Assembly: GCA_030390025.1 (NCBI GenBank) | Contig: CM059425.1 | Coordinates: 169,510,001 to 169,574,000 of the forward strand | From: Squalus acanthias | Taxonomy: Eukaryota | DNA length: 64,000 nucleotides | Direction: 5' to 3' | Shown: piece by piece, positions 25,169 to 37,049 of the stretch | Layout of the letters: every line of letters starts with the position of its first letter | Position numbering within the stretch: position 1 is the stretch's first letter | Notes under the pieces: generated by a model | Told to the model about the DNA's origin: nothing | Databases searched by the model: none | What the model saw: only the letters and a program-made list of their open reading frames with translations | Position numbers and translations under genes: made by a program

Positions 25169-25751
25169 TAAATGATGGAACTGTTGCACAATCAAATGTA
25201 AACCAAATGAAAGTGATAAATTTTTCTCAACCAGAATACTCCTTCAAGTTGAAAACGATCAAATGGGTCAAAACGCCTGTCTGCTTGAGTCTAACTGACA
25301 AGGCATTGTTTGCCGACAAAAAACCCCCGGAAGTTGACCCCTTTTATACAGCATTCCTCCAGCGCTCAACCGACTGCAAACCGCCTCCTCTACCTGTCGT
25401 TGCTAACGGCAGGCGCTCAGACAGGGGGCGAGAGTGAATTTCTGAGCCAGGGCACTGCGCACCTGGATGATGTCATGACCTCTGGGCGCAGGATGGTGGC
25501 GCTAGTGGTTACTGCCGCCGTACATCTCCAGCTCAATCTGGCGGCCATTGGTACTAGCGCCGCGCCCGTTCGCAAAGCCAGTAGTGCCCCCCGGAGGCGC
25601 TAACAGGAGGCACAAAGGCACCCAATTTCTCCCCCCGCAATTTCTCCCCCAAGTAGTCTGAATGCTTTCCACTGACATAACACTATTTTCCCCCTAAAGT
25701 TAGTGAAGGTGGAAATACTGCCATGCAGTGAGCTCTGATAAGAGATACTAT

Positions 25752-27530
25752 GGCCGCGATTTCCCCTACCTCGGCAGGTCCGTGGCGGCAACGTTGGTGG
25801 CGGGGTGCGACCCCGTTGCTGGCTTCAGCCCGCTGTCCAAAGTGATTTTACGTTGATTGGGCTTGTTAAGCCCGCCCAGCGTGTTTGCCAGCCAATTGAA
25901 GGAAGCGGGTCTGATGACGTCATTTGATGACGCGTCATCAGCCGGTTTCCTTAAAGGGACCATGCGCAAATTTATTTTGACAGTTGTGTTATCACTGTTC
26001 CACAGCATTGAGGTACTGCAAACACTGACAAGCACTGCACAGAGGTGCACGGCTGCACCCAGGCTCTCCCATGACTCCCTCCATATGCTTATGGAGGGAG
26101 TCACAGCACGCAGGGAGGTTCTCTTCCCTTCCTATGGGTGGAAGAGATCTCCCCAGGAGACCAACGCAGCCTGGTTGCACATTGCACAGGAGGACACAAG
26201 CAGGGATGTCGTCAGGCGGACCAGGCTGCAGTGGCGCAAACCTTTCAATGATATCAGTAGATCACGAAACGTTACTGCAAAGCCACATTCAACCTCATCC
26301 TGCTGTGCCACTCATCACATCCCCATCACTCTGCCTTCCCTACCCTACTCCTGCGCGTTCTTACTCACACCAACTTACCTTGCACCTCCACCCATCCCTC
26401 TCTATCTACATTATCACTTCCCCATCTCACTAGCCACCCCTCACACTCACCCTCATCCTAGTCCAATCATACCAATTAACACACAAGGGTGGGCACTTGG
26501 GTGTTTTAGCCAATGTTCATGTAAAGTTTCTGTTAATGTGGTGTCAAACATTGAAATCTTTATTTTCAACACTTTGCATTCTTGGACAGATTTGTGTGCA
26601 CATTTGGAAGTGGCTTAGTGAGTTGCAGTGAATGGTGGGACATAACGGTACCCCTCACAATGGTGATGAGTGTGAAAGGAATAGCTTGGGCATTGTAGGG
26701 ATGCTTTATGGTGTTGTTGTGGGGTGGTGCCAACCTGGCACATCATGTGGCAGCCAGGGTGTACAGCATCAAATAAAGTAAATCTGGCTTTGGTGAGGCC
26801 ATCCCTGGCCTCCTGGGCAGCAATATGGTCGGGTGGTGATGTCCTGTGTCCTGTGCAACAACAGTTGATTACGGAGAAAGTTTGTGGTGTTATTGTTGCT
26901 GGTGCTGCTGGTGTGCCTGGTGCTGTTGGTGTTGGGGCTGATCGTGGTGGGATTCTGAGGACCAAGGTGAGATAGTTTCAAGGGCACTGATGCTGATGTA
27001 ATAGATGGTAGGTAAGGTTGAAATGACAGAAGCGATCTGTCAATGGTGAGGGAGGTTGTTCCAATGAGGTGACACTGGACACAGAGTTTACTCCAAACAC
27101 TTGCAACCTGCATACAGCTCCATCTGTCTTCCAAATGCAGTAAGCAACAGCTTCTGAGCTTGGAAAGTGAACAGCTGTGAGATGGAAGCTTTTATAGCAC
27201 ATTTGCTGCTGTCAAGTAAAGAGATCATTTCATGGTGACACAACTCCTGACCTCCTTACCTGACGTGATCCCCAAACAGCGTAGAACCCATGGGCGACCT
27301 CGTAAAATGTTAAGGTAAGCTCAAAATTCTCTTTAACAGGCTGTTAACAAGGTCTTAATCACACAAATTGCCTCCCCCGCCGCTTGGTGTCGGGTCTGTT
27401 CAGCGCTGACAGATCCGACATCTGTCAGCTAGTGAGGTGGCAGGTTGACAGCGGGTTCCTTCTGAAAACATGTTTTTCCTACCCGACTCGCCACCAAATG
27501 CACCTGCTGACCCCCCGAAAAACTCCCCCC
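25752..27530. mobile_element. Internally deleted Harbinger element (family C-related)
   Basis: Ends GGCCGCGATTTC / AAAACTCCCCCC; flanks TAT/TAC; Myb exon 1 (APRLSHDSLHMLMEGV...RKPFNDI) at about 26030-26270; homologous to both ends of 42157-47014. Confidence 0.88.
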
Positions 27531-27744
27531 TACATGTCTATGGTGTAAAATCAGGCACAATGGGTCCCATACATAAGGCAAATATAGATCACGGACAAAC
27601 CCAAAGCACAGGTGAACACTGGAGCTGATGTAAAGCACTGCCACCCATCAAGGGCATCATAAGTGTTTGCAACTTTGCTGAGGGATATAGTAAGTGACAT
27701 TCTAGAAGGACAGGATCTAACTGAAGAGAGCCAACATATCTGAC

Positions 27745-28487
27745 CAATTTCTTTGAGGAAGTTACAGATCTGGTGAATAGTGATGAGGCAGTGGATGTTA
27801 TCTCGTTGTATTTAATGAAGGCAGTTGACACTGTTCTACAAGGTGTGTGCCCATGAGCTAGACTAATGTGTGAGTAAAAGATAGACAGAAAAGGATGATG
27901 GTATGTTGCGTGGTATCAGACTGGAAACCAGTTGCGAGTAGAGTCCCACTGGAGTCAATGTTGGGGCCACTATTGTATTTTATTACAGAACAAATGTCAA
28001 ATTATTGAATGATGCCTAGAGGAGGGATATGTGGCTAATTCCTGTACTTAAAAGGCTGAGTTATGAGGGATCACTGTCTACCTTGAGACTTTACACTGGA
28101 GAGGAGGATGTTGGAGAACTTGAGAGAACTCTAGGTTTTTCACAGTTATGGAGAATTTGGATCCAGGAAAGTTCTTCTGTTGGGCACAGTATTTGAGGAC
28201 TAGGGGACATGGTTTAAAGCTATGGGTTTCAAAATAAGATAGGAAATCTAGGCAGCATTTTTTTTTGTAGAAGAGGATGATAGAATTGTGGAACAGATTA
28301 CCACCGGGGAAGGTGGAACAGAAAACCATGACAGGTTTCAAAAAAGGACTCTATCTGTTCCTATTAATATAGAGGATTCAGGACTACTAATTCTAGAATC
28401 ATTGTCGGGCAACTGATAGGTGGTAAGGAAGGGTGAGCAAGATGACCAAATGGTCTTCTCCTACCCAAACATTTCTATGTTACTATG
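27745..28487 (+). mobile_element. Highly degenerate CR1 fragment
   Basis: Remnants FFEEVTDLV, SMLGPLL and IELWNRLP; TTTCTATG tail. Confidence 0.7.
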
Positions 28488-30434
28488 TATTCTTAATATC
28501 ATCCATATGAATTTGACATTTGTACACTACAATCATTCCGGCACTGCAAGCATTTACTAGGAAGCTCAATGTGTGATAGGTACATAATACTCTCCTTACT
28601 GCATATGTTGATGGATTTCACACAGCATTTATACCTGAAATCAGATTTGAATGCAATCTTTAAATGCACCACCATTTTGAATGTATGCCGCATGCAATAC
28701 ATAATACAGTTCGCTCAAGTCTGGGTTGTGTCAAGGCTCTTTGCAAGGGTGTACATACAATATATTATTTAGGTTCCATTCAGTGAGATAATTAACTCTA
28801 ATTACATGGTATAGCACTTTATTATATCTGCAGTGTTGGTAATCTTACAGTACTGATGGAAATAATTTGCACCAGGGAAAACAAAAAAGGTAATCAAAGG
28901 TGCATGGCATTTTAATTTGTGACACTGGCTTCTCATTGTATGAATTTGAAATTGTGTTCCATTTGTTTTTATTGTTGTTAATTTGTTTCCTTTCTTTTTT
29001 GCACTCCAGGCTGGTTTCAAAATATGTTTGTTATTTATGTTTTAAAAAGAACCAAATGGAGCTCTGTAACTGCCAACAGATCTCCACGTTAGATTGGGTT
29101 GTGGATAAATGGGTTACCCTGGAAAATACTTTTTAAAAACTTCATATTTCTTTTATTGTATTCTCAAACAGTTGGGCATTGAATAAATGGAATATTATGC
29201 AAGGTGACACTGCTGATTTTTATCAGAAGTTTTGGAAACAGGAAAAGGTCATTGGGCACATCCCTTCTTAATCAATCTCTACCCCACCTATCCACCTTTT
29301 TGCCATATCTCTTAATACCTTCTCTTGGCAGAAATAAAATAAATGGATGAAGCCAGTGGATGAAAAATTGTCGGCAGTGTACCCATAATTTCCCAATGAG
29401 CTGCCTCCTGCATGTGAGGCCCTACCATTGGTGCAGAAAATGTCGCCCTTTGTGTTCAAGCCCCGTGACTAAGCTTGTTGTCCAAAGTGAAGTTATGATT
29501 TTAGTGACCAATTGCCTATGCTTTAGATTGAAAAATATAAGTATTTAGATATTAAACGTAGTTCATGGTAAGCCAATTGTAACATTATATATTTATATAA
29601 ATGTATAACCATTGAAATCCTCTAAAAATGATTGAACTCAAATGACAACAAATGCCTATCTTGACTAGTTATAAATATCTCTTTAACATTATTGACCAAA
29701 GGGACCAAACCCCACGCTGATCTAGCACAGTGAAGGTACCTCAACTTTACCATGAGGTGTCACAGACATCTTTATTATGCAAAAAGCAACATTTCAACAA
29801 AACCTTAAACCTCCAGTAAGGTTAATATATTCCCTCACTTTCTAAAAACAGCCGTTGTTTTCTTTTTCCAATTCCAGCTTCTGAGTGGAAAAAATCTGAT
29901 TATCTTCCCACACTCCAGCCACATTTCAAGTTACTGAATCAATCACCCTGTCCTGAAATAAATTTCATCACTGTCTGGAACTCGAAACCCAATGTTTCAA
30001 GCAGTTTAAATCTCTGCAGAGGCACTAACAAATACAATAAAAGAACAGGTAATTGTTTAAACGCTATGGTTGTGCCTGAAAACTCTTACAGGAATCTGGT
30101 TTCATTCCAAGGTTGTGATTATACTGTCGCTGCGTTTATGTGTTGGTCTTAGGGGGGCAGCAAAGACCTATCATTGCAACTAAAACATCCAGCTCCATAA
30201 AGTGTAATGAACATCTCCTCTGCCTTTTGGTTACAGTCCAGCACAGTCAATTCATAATCTTTGAAATGTATCAAAATATACCAATACTTATATTGTCACT
30301 GTGCCTATTCGGAATCGTCCTGTATTTCCAACCTAGAGAATCCTAAGTATAAATTGCAGAGCCATCTGCTACCTAATCTTGCTTGCTTTGGTTGCTGAGT
30401 TTCATCAGTCTTCAACCAGACCATTTTATAGTGT

Positions 30435-30729
30435 TCATGATGCGGAGATGCCGGTGTTGGACTGGGGTGGACAAAAATGAGAAGTCGCACAACACCAGGT
30501 TATGACCTGATTGCCTTTTGTCACACCTCGGCAGATAAACAGTCAGGATGATTTAAATGTAGTCGTCTGCCATTGTAAGTTACACATGCATTGTTCTCTA
30601 TCTATATATGCTTTGTCGAGTCTGTATTTCTTTACTTCACCTGAGGAAGGGGCCACGTAAGCTCCGAAAGCTTGTAATTTCAAATAAAACTGTTGGACTA
30701 TAACCTGGTGTTGTGCGACTTCTCATTTT
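30435..30729 (+). mobile_element. Penelope-like element remnant: inverted pseudo-LTR end with tail, plus direct pseudo-LTR
   Basis: Perfect 30-bp inverted repeat (30474-30503 / 30700-30729); flanking direct repeat CATTTTATAGTGT (30422-30434 / 30724-30736); hammerhead core. Confidence 0.8.
30637..30677 (+). ncRNA. Minimal type I hammerhead ribozyme motif
   Basis: TCAC-CTGAGGA-A-GGGGC(CACGTAA)GCTCC-GAAA-GC-TT-GTAA: all core nucleotides present, 5-bp stem II, palindromic AGCT in place of stem III, weak stem I. Confidence 0.7.
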
Positions 30730-30799
30730 ATAGTGTGACATGTAGTAATGATACCTGTAGTGATGGGGGAAGGAGCATCTAATAGAACTTGGAATCCAT

Positions 30800-30922
30800 A
30801 GATAAGTCAATGTTTCAGATGTTGACCCTTCATCCAGTTCCAATGAGGAGCCCACACCTGAAACGTTAACTTGTCTGTTCTCTGCCTGTAACTGCTGAAT
30901 GATTCCAGCATTTTCTGTTTTT
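30800..30922. repeat. Degenerate back-to-back hammerhead-bearing repeat pair
   Basis: Minus strand GATGAAGGGTCAACATCTGAAACATT; plus strand ATGAGGAG...CCTGAAACGTTAACT. Confidence 0.5.
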
Positions 30923-31254
30923 GTAAGGAGGAAGAGGACAGAACTGGTGCAACCTAACTTGGCAGGGGTGTTGGGGGTGGGGGTTGGTTGGCGCGATGGA
31001 AGAGAGGGAGAGCCGGAAGCACCCAACTCAGGGCAGATGGCAGAATCCAACCTGGTGAAGGGGAACAGCAGAACATTACCTGAAGGGGCTATAACTGTGG
31101 TACCGCATGAGAGTGAGGGCAAAATAAGCAGAATTCGACTGGGATTGGTGGAAAAAAACTTGAGGAAGGAAATTACAAAACATGACTTGGGCAACAGAGG
31201 AAGAGTCAGAATATGACTTGAGCGAGGAAGTATTGGGAGAAGATGACTGGAGAG

Positions 31255-31370
31255 AAAAGCAAAAGCAAAATACTGCGGATGCTGGAAATCTGAAATAAAA
31301 ACAGAAAATGCTGGAAATATTCAGCAGGTCGGGCAGCATCTGTGGAGAGAGAAACAGAGTTAACGTTTCA
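31255..31370 (-). repeat. Penelope-like terminal-repeat fragment
   Basis: Reverse complement of the 23630-23742 body, starting at CTGAAACGTTAACTCT. Confidence 0.75.
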
Positions 31371-32299
31371 GCTTGAGAGAAGCAATTGGGAGAACATGAT
31401 GGGGGAGGAGGAAGTAGGAGAACATGGTCGAGACAAGGGGGAATCACCAGGACTGAACTTGCAGTTTCTGTCATCTGATGATAGAGTGGCATTTATTGGA
31501 AGCTGTAGAAATCTCCACTCTTCTAATGCTGTCTAAAGTAAGATTTGTGAGAGCAAAGAGCACAAATGGATAAAGAAAATAAACAGCACCTGTTTTGATA
31601 AAACACGAGTGAGTGATGTGCTTAATTTTTTCTCAACTCGAGAAAAAGAAAAAAATGTAAAACATTGGAATTGGGCATAAATATTTTTAAACAAGCCACA
31701 ATAATTCATTTAGAGATGCATACAGGGTAACATAACAGCGAACTAATCATTTAAATTCATATTTTCATGAGTATTTCACATCTGAAATTGTTTTGCACAT
31801 TTATAGCTAAGGCCCTAGGGCTGTAATAAGATGTAGATTGCATCATCAAAATAGATATAAGGGGCTTCTGTAAAATGGAAGAGAACTGAATGTGCTTATC
31901 TGAGGAAAAACTGCATTATTATAATGTAAATAGCAACAGTACTGTGAATACCTTGAAGATTTCAGATCAGATCCACTGTTTGTTGTTTAATAGATACTAA
32001 TGTACACAGATAAAACAGTACAAGATGAAATCACAGACTCAAAGGTAATTTTTTTGATATGGGCACTAAAATAGTGAAATCATGGTGTAGTGAGATTAGC
32101 TCTTACTGGTATCGTGCTGGCCAACCTCGTGGGATTTTCCAAGGTCGACCTCATTAACTATTCATACCAACCTTCTGACCCGCTTTGGGCCTGTCTGTAG
32201 GAGCTTGCAGTCAGTAGGGGAAAGGAAGTAACATGTAGCTTTTAAAGGCTGCAGCTGTTATTTAAAGAGCCTGCTTCATTGTTACTAGGATCACGTTGG

Positions 32300-33056
32300 A
32301 CAACGAAGCAACACATCTCCATTTTCCTATGGAGCTTTGGAAGAAGTACAGGAAAAGAGGATTACCCTCTTTTGCATCCCAGGCATCCTCCTCACAAATG
32401 AAATGTCCAAGTTACTTGACAGTAGGTGGCTACCAGAGTCAGTGCAGTGACAAATATCCAGAGGACATACATCAGGCTAGCTTTGCATTATAACAGGTAA
32501 TTGAGTAAAGTAGGCAGGCCACTAACAGTTTCCTCGCAATGTTACACTCTGACTGAGGTTGCATGCTAAACCCACACCACACAGCTGTCATATGCATGTC
32601 AATACTGCACACTTTATCACTGCCCTTCAAATTGGAAGACCTGCATGTAGATGGTGTGAAAGCCCTCCCAGTTCATGAAGGGCATGGGATTTATGTGCAA
32701 GGGACTATAGGGCCATATGGATGCCATCAATGACACCCTAGTCTTTGGGGAATTCTGTCATGCAAATAAAATTGCAAGGCTGCTCATTCTGCTGTTAGTT
32801 GTCCATGGGGAAAGTTATGAAATTGTTTTCCTGGCATCAATCATCTGCTTGATACATCAGTGAACTGCAAATTAACTGATGTTGCTTATATGGCACTCTG
32901 AATGGAGCCAGCTGCAAAAAAGTTCAGGGCTTTGGTGACTTTGATAGCCAATGGTGCCATCCCTATGATGGAGGTTAGCTGGAGCTTATATTCCGGAAGA
33001 AGGCATAATTCTGTCACTGACTCCCCTGGTGAAGTAAAGCCTGTGATGGCAGTTTT
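32300..33056. pseudogene. Old Harbinger remnant: transposase on the minus strand, possible Myb remnant on the plus strand
   Basis: Minus strand reads VTELCLL...PLAIKVTKALNFFAAGSIQ. Confidence 0.65.
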
Positions 33057-34118
33057 CACAGAATCATAGAATATTACAGCACAGAAGGAGGCCATTCAGC
33101 CCATCGAGTCTGCGCCGGTTCTTTCAAAGAGCAATCCAGTTAGTCCCACTCCCCCGCTCTTTCCCCATATCCCTGCAATTTTTCTCCTTCAAGTATTTAT
33201 CCAATTCCCTTTTGAAGGCTCAAATTGAATCTGTATCCACCACCCTTATCAGGCAGTGCATTCCAAATCCTAACCACTTGTTGCATAAAAAAGTTTTTCC
33301 TCATGTCGCCTCTGGTTCTTTTGCCAATCACCTTAAATCTGTGCCCTCTGGTTATCGACCCTTCAGCCATTGGAAACAGTTTCTCTTTATTTACTCGATC
33401 TAAATCCTTCATGATTTTAAACACCTTTATCAAATCTCCTCTTTGCCTTCTCTGCTTCAAGGAGAACAACCCCAGCTTCTCCAGTCTATCCACGTAACTC
33501 TAATCACTCATCCCTGGAACCATTCTAGTAAATCTCTTCTGTACCCTCTCCAAAGCCTTCACGTCCTTCCTAAAGTGTGGTGCCCAGAATTCGACACAAT
33601 ACTCCAGCTGGGGCCAAACTAGTGTTTTATACAGGTTTAGCATAATTTCCTGGCTTTTGTACTCTCTGCCTCTATTTATAAAGCCCAGGATCCCATATGC
33701 TTTATTAACTGCTTTGTTAACCTGTCCTGCCACCTTCAAAGATTTGCGCACAAGCACCCCCAGGTCTCTCTGTTCTTGCACCCCTTTAAAATTGTACCAT
33801 TTAATATGTATGGTCTCTTCTCATTCTTCCTACCAAAATGTATCATCTCACACTTCTCTGCGTTGAAATTCACCTGCCATGTGTCCGCTTGTTCCACCAG
33901 CCTGTCTATGTCCTCTTGAAGTCTTTTACTATCTTCCTCACTGTTTACCACACTTACAAGTTTCATGTCATCTGCAAATTTCAAAATTGTGCCCTGTACC
34001 CCCAAGTCTAAGTCATTAATGTATCTCAAAAACAGCAGTGGTCCTAGTACTGAACATTGGGGAACACCACTGTGTACCTCCCTCCAGTCTGAAAAACAGC
34101 CATTCACCACAACTCTCT

Positions 34119-35868
34119 GGGGGGAATTTTGCCGGCGCTCAGGGGGCGGGTTTGGAGGCGTGACTGCTGGAAAAATTGCAAAAATTGACAGCGGGTCCCA
34201 AACCCGCTGTCAACCCACCTCCATACAATCTTCCCAAGTGCCGGGCCCCTGATTTACGCAGCGACCCGACACCTAGCGGCGGGAAGAGGATTATAGGCAC
34301 TTAACTGCTTGTTAACAGATAATTAATAGGCAGTTAAGAGGCTTTTTTCAATTTTGACAGGTGGATTGCGGGCTTCCCGATGTCCGGACACCACGCCAGG
34401 GTAAGTGTGGCGTGCTGTGGGTCTACTGTAATGTTTCTGCATTGATGACAGCTGCAGAAGTGGTGTGAAGGATCCAGTGTTACACTGGTGAGTTTCAGAG
34501 GTAAGAAAATGTTGGGAAAATCATTTTTAATGTATTATGGGGGAGAAATTCAGTATCGCCCCATTTGGGGCGCAATTATCGGCCGGGTGCAAAGATTAGC
34601 GCCTGGCGCTAATTATCGCCTCCGACTGCAAACTTGACTTTTATCGCCCCTGGAGGTGATTGGAGCGCTAAATCAGGCGCTACACATCTGTCTTAAGGCG
34701 CAAAGGCCGAGGAGAGAGGCACTAACTCAGAGCGCTGGTGAACCTCATGTGATGTCAGTCAGCAATGGAACACAGACAAAATGGCACTGGCCAGTTCTTA
34801 AAGGGGAGGGTTGATCTTGCTTTCCATCCACATCCCGCTCATTGCAGCCTTGAATCTCGGCCTGGAGAGACCTGTACATCAAATCTGCTGGAAAGAACAA
34901 TGGAGAGGCCCAGGGAAAGAGCTCAGAGTGCAGCCCCCACAATCTCTTCTAAATTGATACAAGGAAGGGCAAATCAAAATGAACTTGCAAAGTGCTGCTC
35001 AGTACCCAAAACTCCTTCACACAGCGTTAAATCTCTCCAGAAGTCTCTCTCTCTCTCTCTCAGAATGCGTGGTTCAAAAATGTCACCAACAAAAAAAGGC
35101 AGGAGGCGGTCACCTTTAAATAGCGCTCCCCCAGTCCCTTCCTGACTCCAAAACGCTCCCCTCAACCTGTCGTTGCTAGCGGCAGGTGGTAAGGCAGGGG
35201 GCGCCACTCAATATCCGCTCCGGGGCGCTACCAGGGCATTGCGCACTCAACTGACGTCACGATCTGCCGGCGCAGGAGATCGTGGCAGTAGTGTTTAGCG
35301 CCGCCGCAAAATGTCTAGTTAATTTCGCAAGCGGAGCAAACATCGCCGCGCCCGGGCACTAGATGCTTTGCGCCCCGTTAGCGCCCTCTTAAGGCGCTAA
35401 CGGGAGGCGCAACCAACTGAATTTTTCCCCCTTAGACTTTTCTGTGGGTAGCAAGATTTGAAGTGTTTGTGTAGTCCCACCTCATTGGGAGAACCTCTCT
35501 CACCAGTGACAGATCGCTTCTGTAACCTCACCTGCAGCTGCCATCTGTTTTATCCTAAGGAGAGAATCACTGGAGAGCCTAGGTGCAAGAGCTCACCTTT
35601 GTACAGTGATTGGCAGTGTTTGCAGCACCTTAATGTTGTCAAACACTGAAAAATCATGTAAAAAAAAAATGTGCGCGGCCCCTTTAAGAAAACCGGCAGA
35701 TGACGCGTCATCAACTGACGTCATCTGACACCGGCTTTCTCTTAATTGGCCGGCAAGCCCGCAGGCCTAATGCAAAATAGTGTCTTTGCGTCAGACGTCG
35801 TTGGGGGCGGGATCGGAACCCAGCAGCAGTCCCGCTCCCGACTCGCACTGAAAGGTAAGATTGCGGCC
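34119..35868. mobile_element. Harbinger deletion derivative (family C-related) containing a nested family A MITE
   Basis: Ends GGGGGGAATTTT / AAGATTGCGGCC; TSD TCT confirmed by the LINE frame. Confidence 0.88.
34539..35431 (+). mobile_element. Harbinger MITE family A (893 bp)
   Basis: TIRs GGGGGAGAAATT / AATTTTTCCCCC; MERPRERA remnant; colinear with 57874-58766 in the opposite orientation. Confidence 0.93.
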
Positions 35869-37049
35869 TCTATTTCTTATCCCTCATCCAATTTTGTATC
35901 CATGCTGCTACTGCCTCTTTTATCCCATGGACTTCAATTTTGCTAACAATCCTACTATGTGGTACTTTATCAAGCATCTTTTGAAAGTCCATATACACAA
36001 CATCAACTGCACTACCCTCACCCACCCTCTCTGTTACCTCATCAAAACACTCAATCAAATTGGTCAAATACGATTTGACCGTAATAAATCTGTGCTGGCT
36101 CTCTTTTATTAGTTTGATCTTCCACGCTAAGTGTGCCTCTGCCTGTAGGTATAGCTTTTTGGTAAGGCCAGGGGAATAGTTTAGCTTAGCCTGGGATAGA
36201 TCTGAACTGGTCATGTGGTTTCAGCATGTCTGGCTTCCAGGAAATGACTTTTCTCTGTGGCTTCCAAGCAATATTATAGTGTTAATTAAGCCAGGAAGAC
36301 TTTGTTTGGGATGTGCAAACAACTCTCACATGTGGTTCATTCAACCTGGAAATGGTTCCTGGACTATCAGAGGAACTATTATTCAATCAAGTAACACCAA
36401 TATACATGATCTTACATTTGCCTGGAATTCGTAGCGGAGCCCATGACTTTCAAAGGAAAATGTGATATGTAAGATGCTGGCTCACCAGACCAGAGAGAGA
36501 GAGAGAGAGAGTGACTACCATAAATGCACACAGGAACCAGGGTGCTTCTGGATGAAACAGAATTGAAAGCAGGCTGCTGCAACATGTGATAAACTGTTGG
36601 TATATTCACTGCTGTCAGGAGCAGAGTATAGCTTTAAAAGATCAGGCTATTTACTGCTGCCATTGTACAAAATCAGAAGCTGCAGCTTGTGGTTTGTAAA
36701 GGATGCAAGATCTGTATTCAGATCTTGAAATCTCTCTTGCAATGAGACCTTGCTCCCAGTGAGAATTGGGCCTACTGTATTGTAGTCTAAACTCTGACCT
36801 GCGTGTCCTTTGAGCAGGACGTCCCTATTGGGAGCTCAGAATTACCACTGACATTCTAATCTTTTTAATTGCAGGGAAGGGCAGTTTGTAGCAGTAATGA
36901 AATTAGTGAAGGGCATGTGAGTGCTGGGACATGAGGTTTATTTTCTAGGAGTAACTGGGGACATGCACCCTAGCCCAGAAAGTTTAGTTTTTCAATATTT
37001 AATTTCATGCATTTTCCAGCATTTTGGAGTCTACTAAGCTAAAAATAAT

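Larger units (their letters stand above)
21415..25650. mobile_element. Near-full-length two-gene Harbinger transposon (family A master-like)
   Basis: Left TIR (AC)GGGAAAAATT; right TIR AATTTCTCCCCC duplicated in tandem; TAGCGC arrays; convergent Myb and transposase genes. Confidence 0.93.
33057..36110 (-). mobile_element. CR1 LINE 3' part, split by a Harbinger insertion (33057-34118 and 35872-36110)
   Basis: GVPQCSVLGP, KFADDMK and WPQLEYC; the two halves rejoin as WMRDKK*RVVVNG. Confidence 0.92.
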
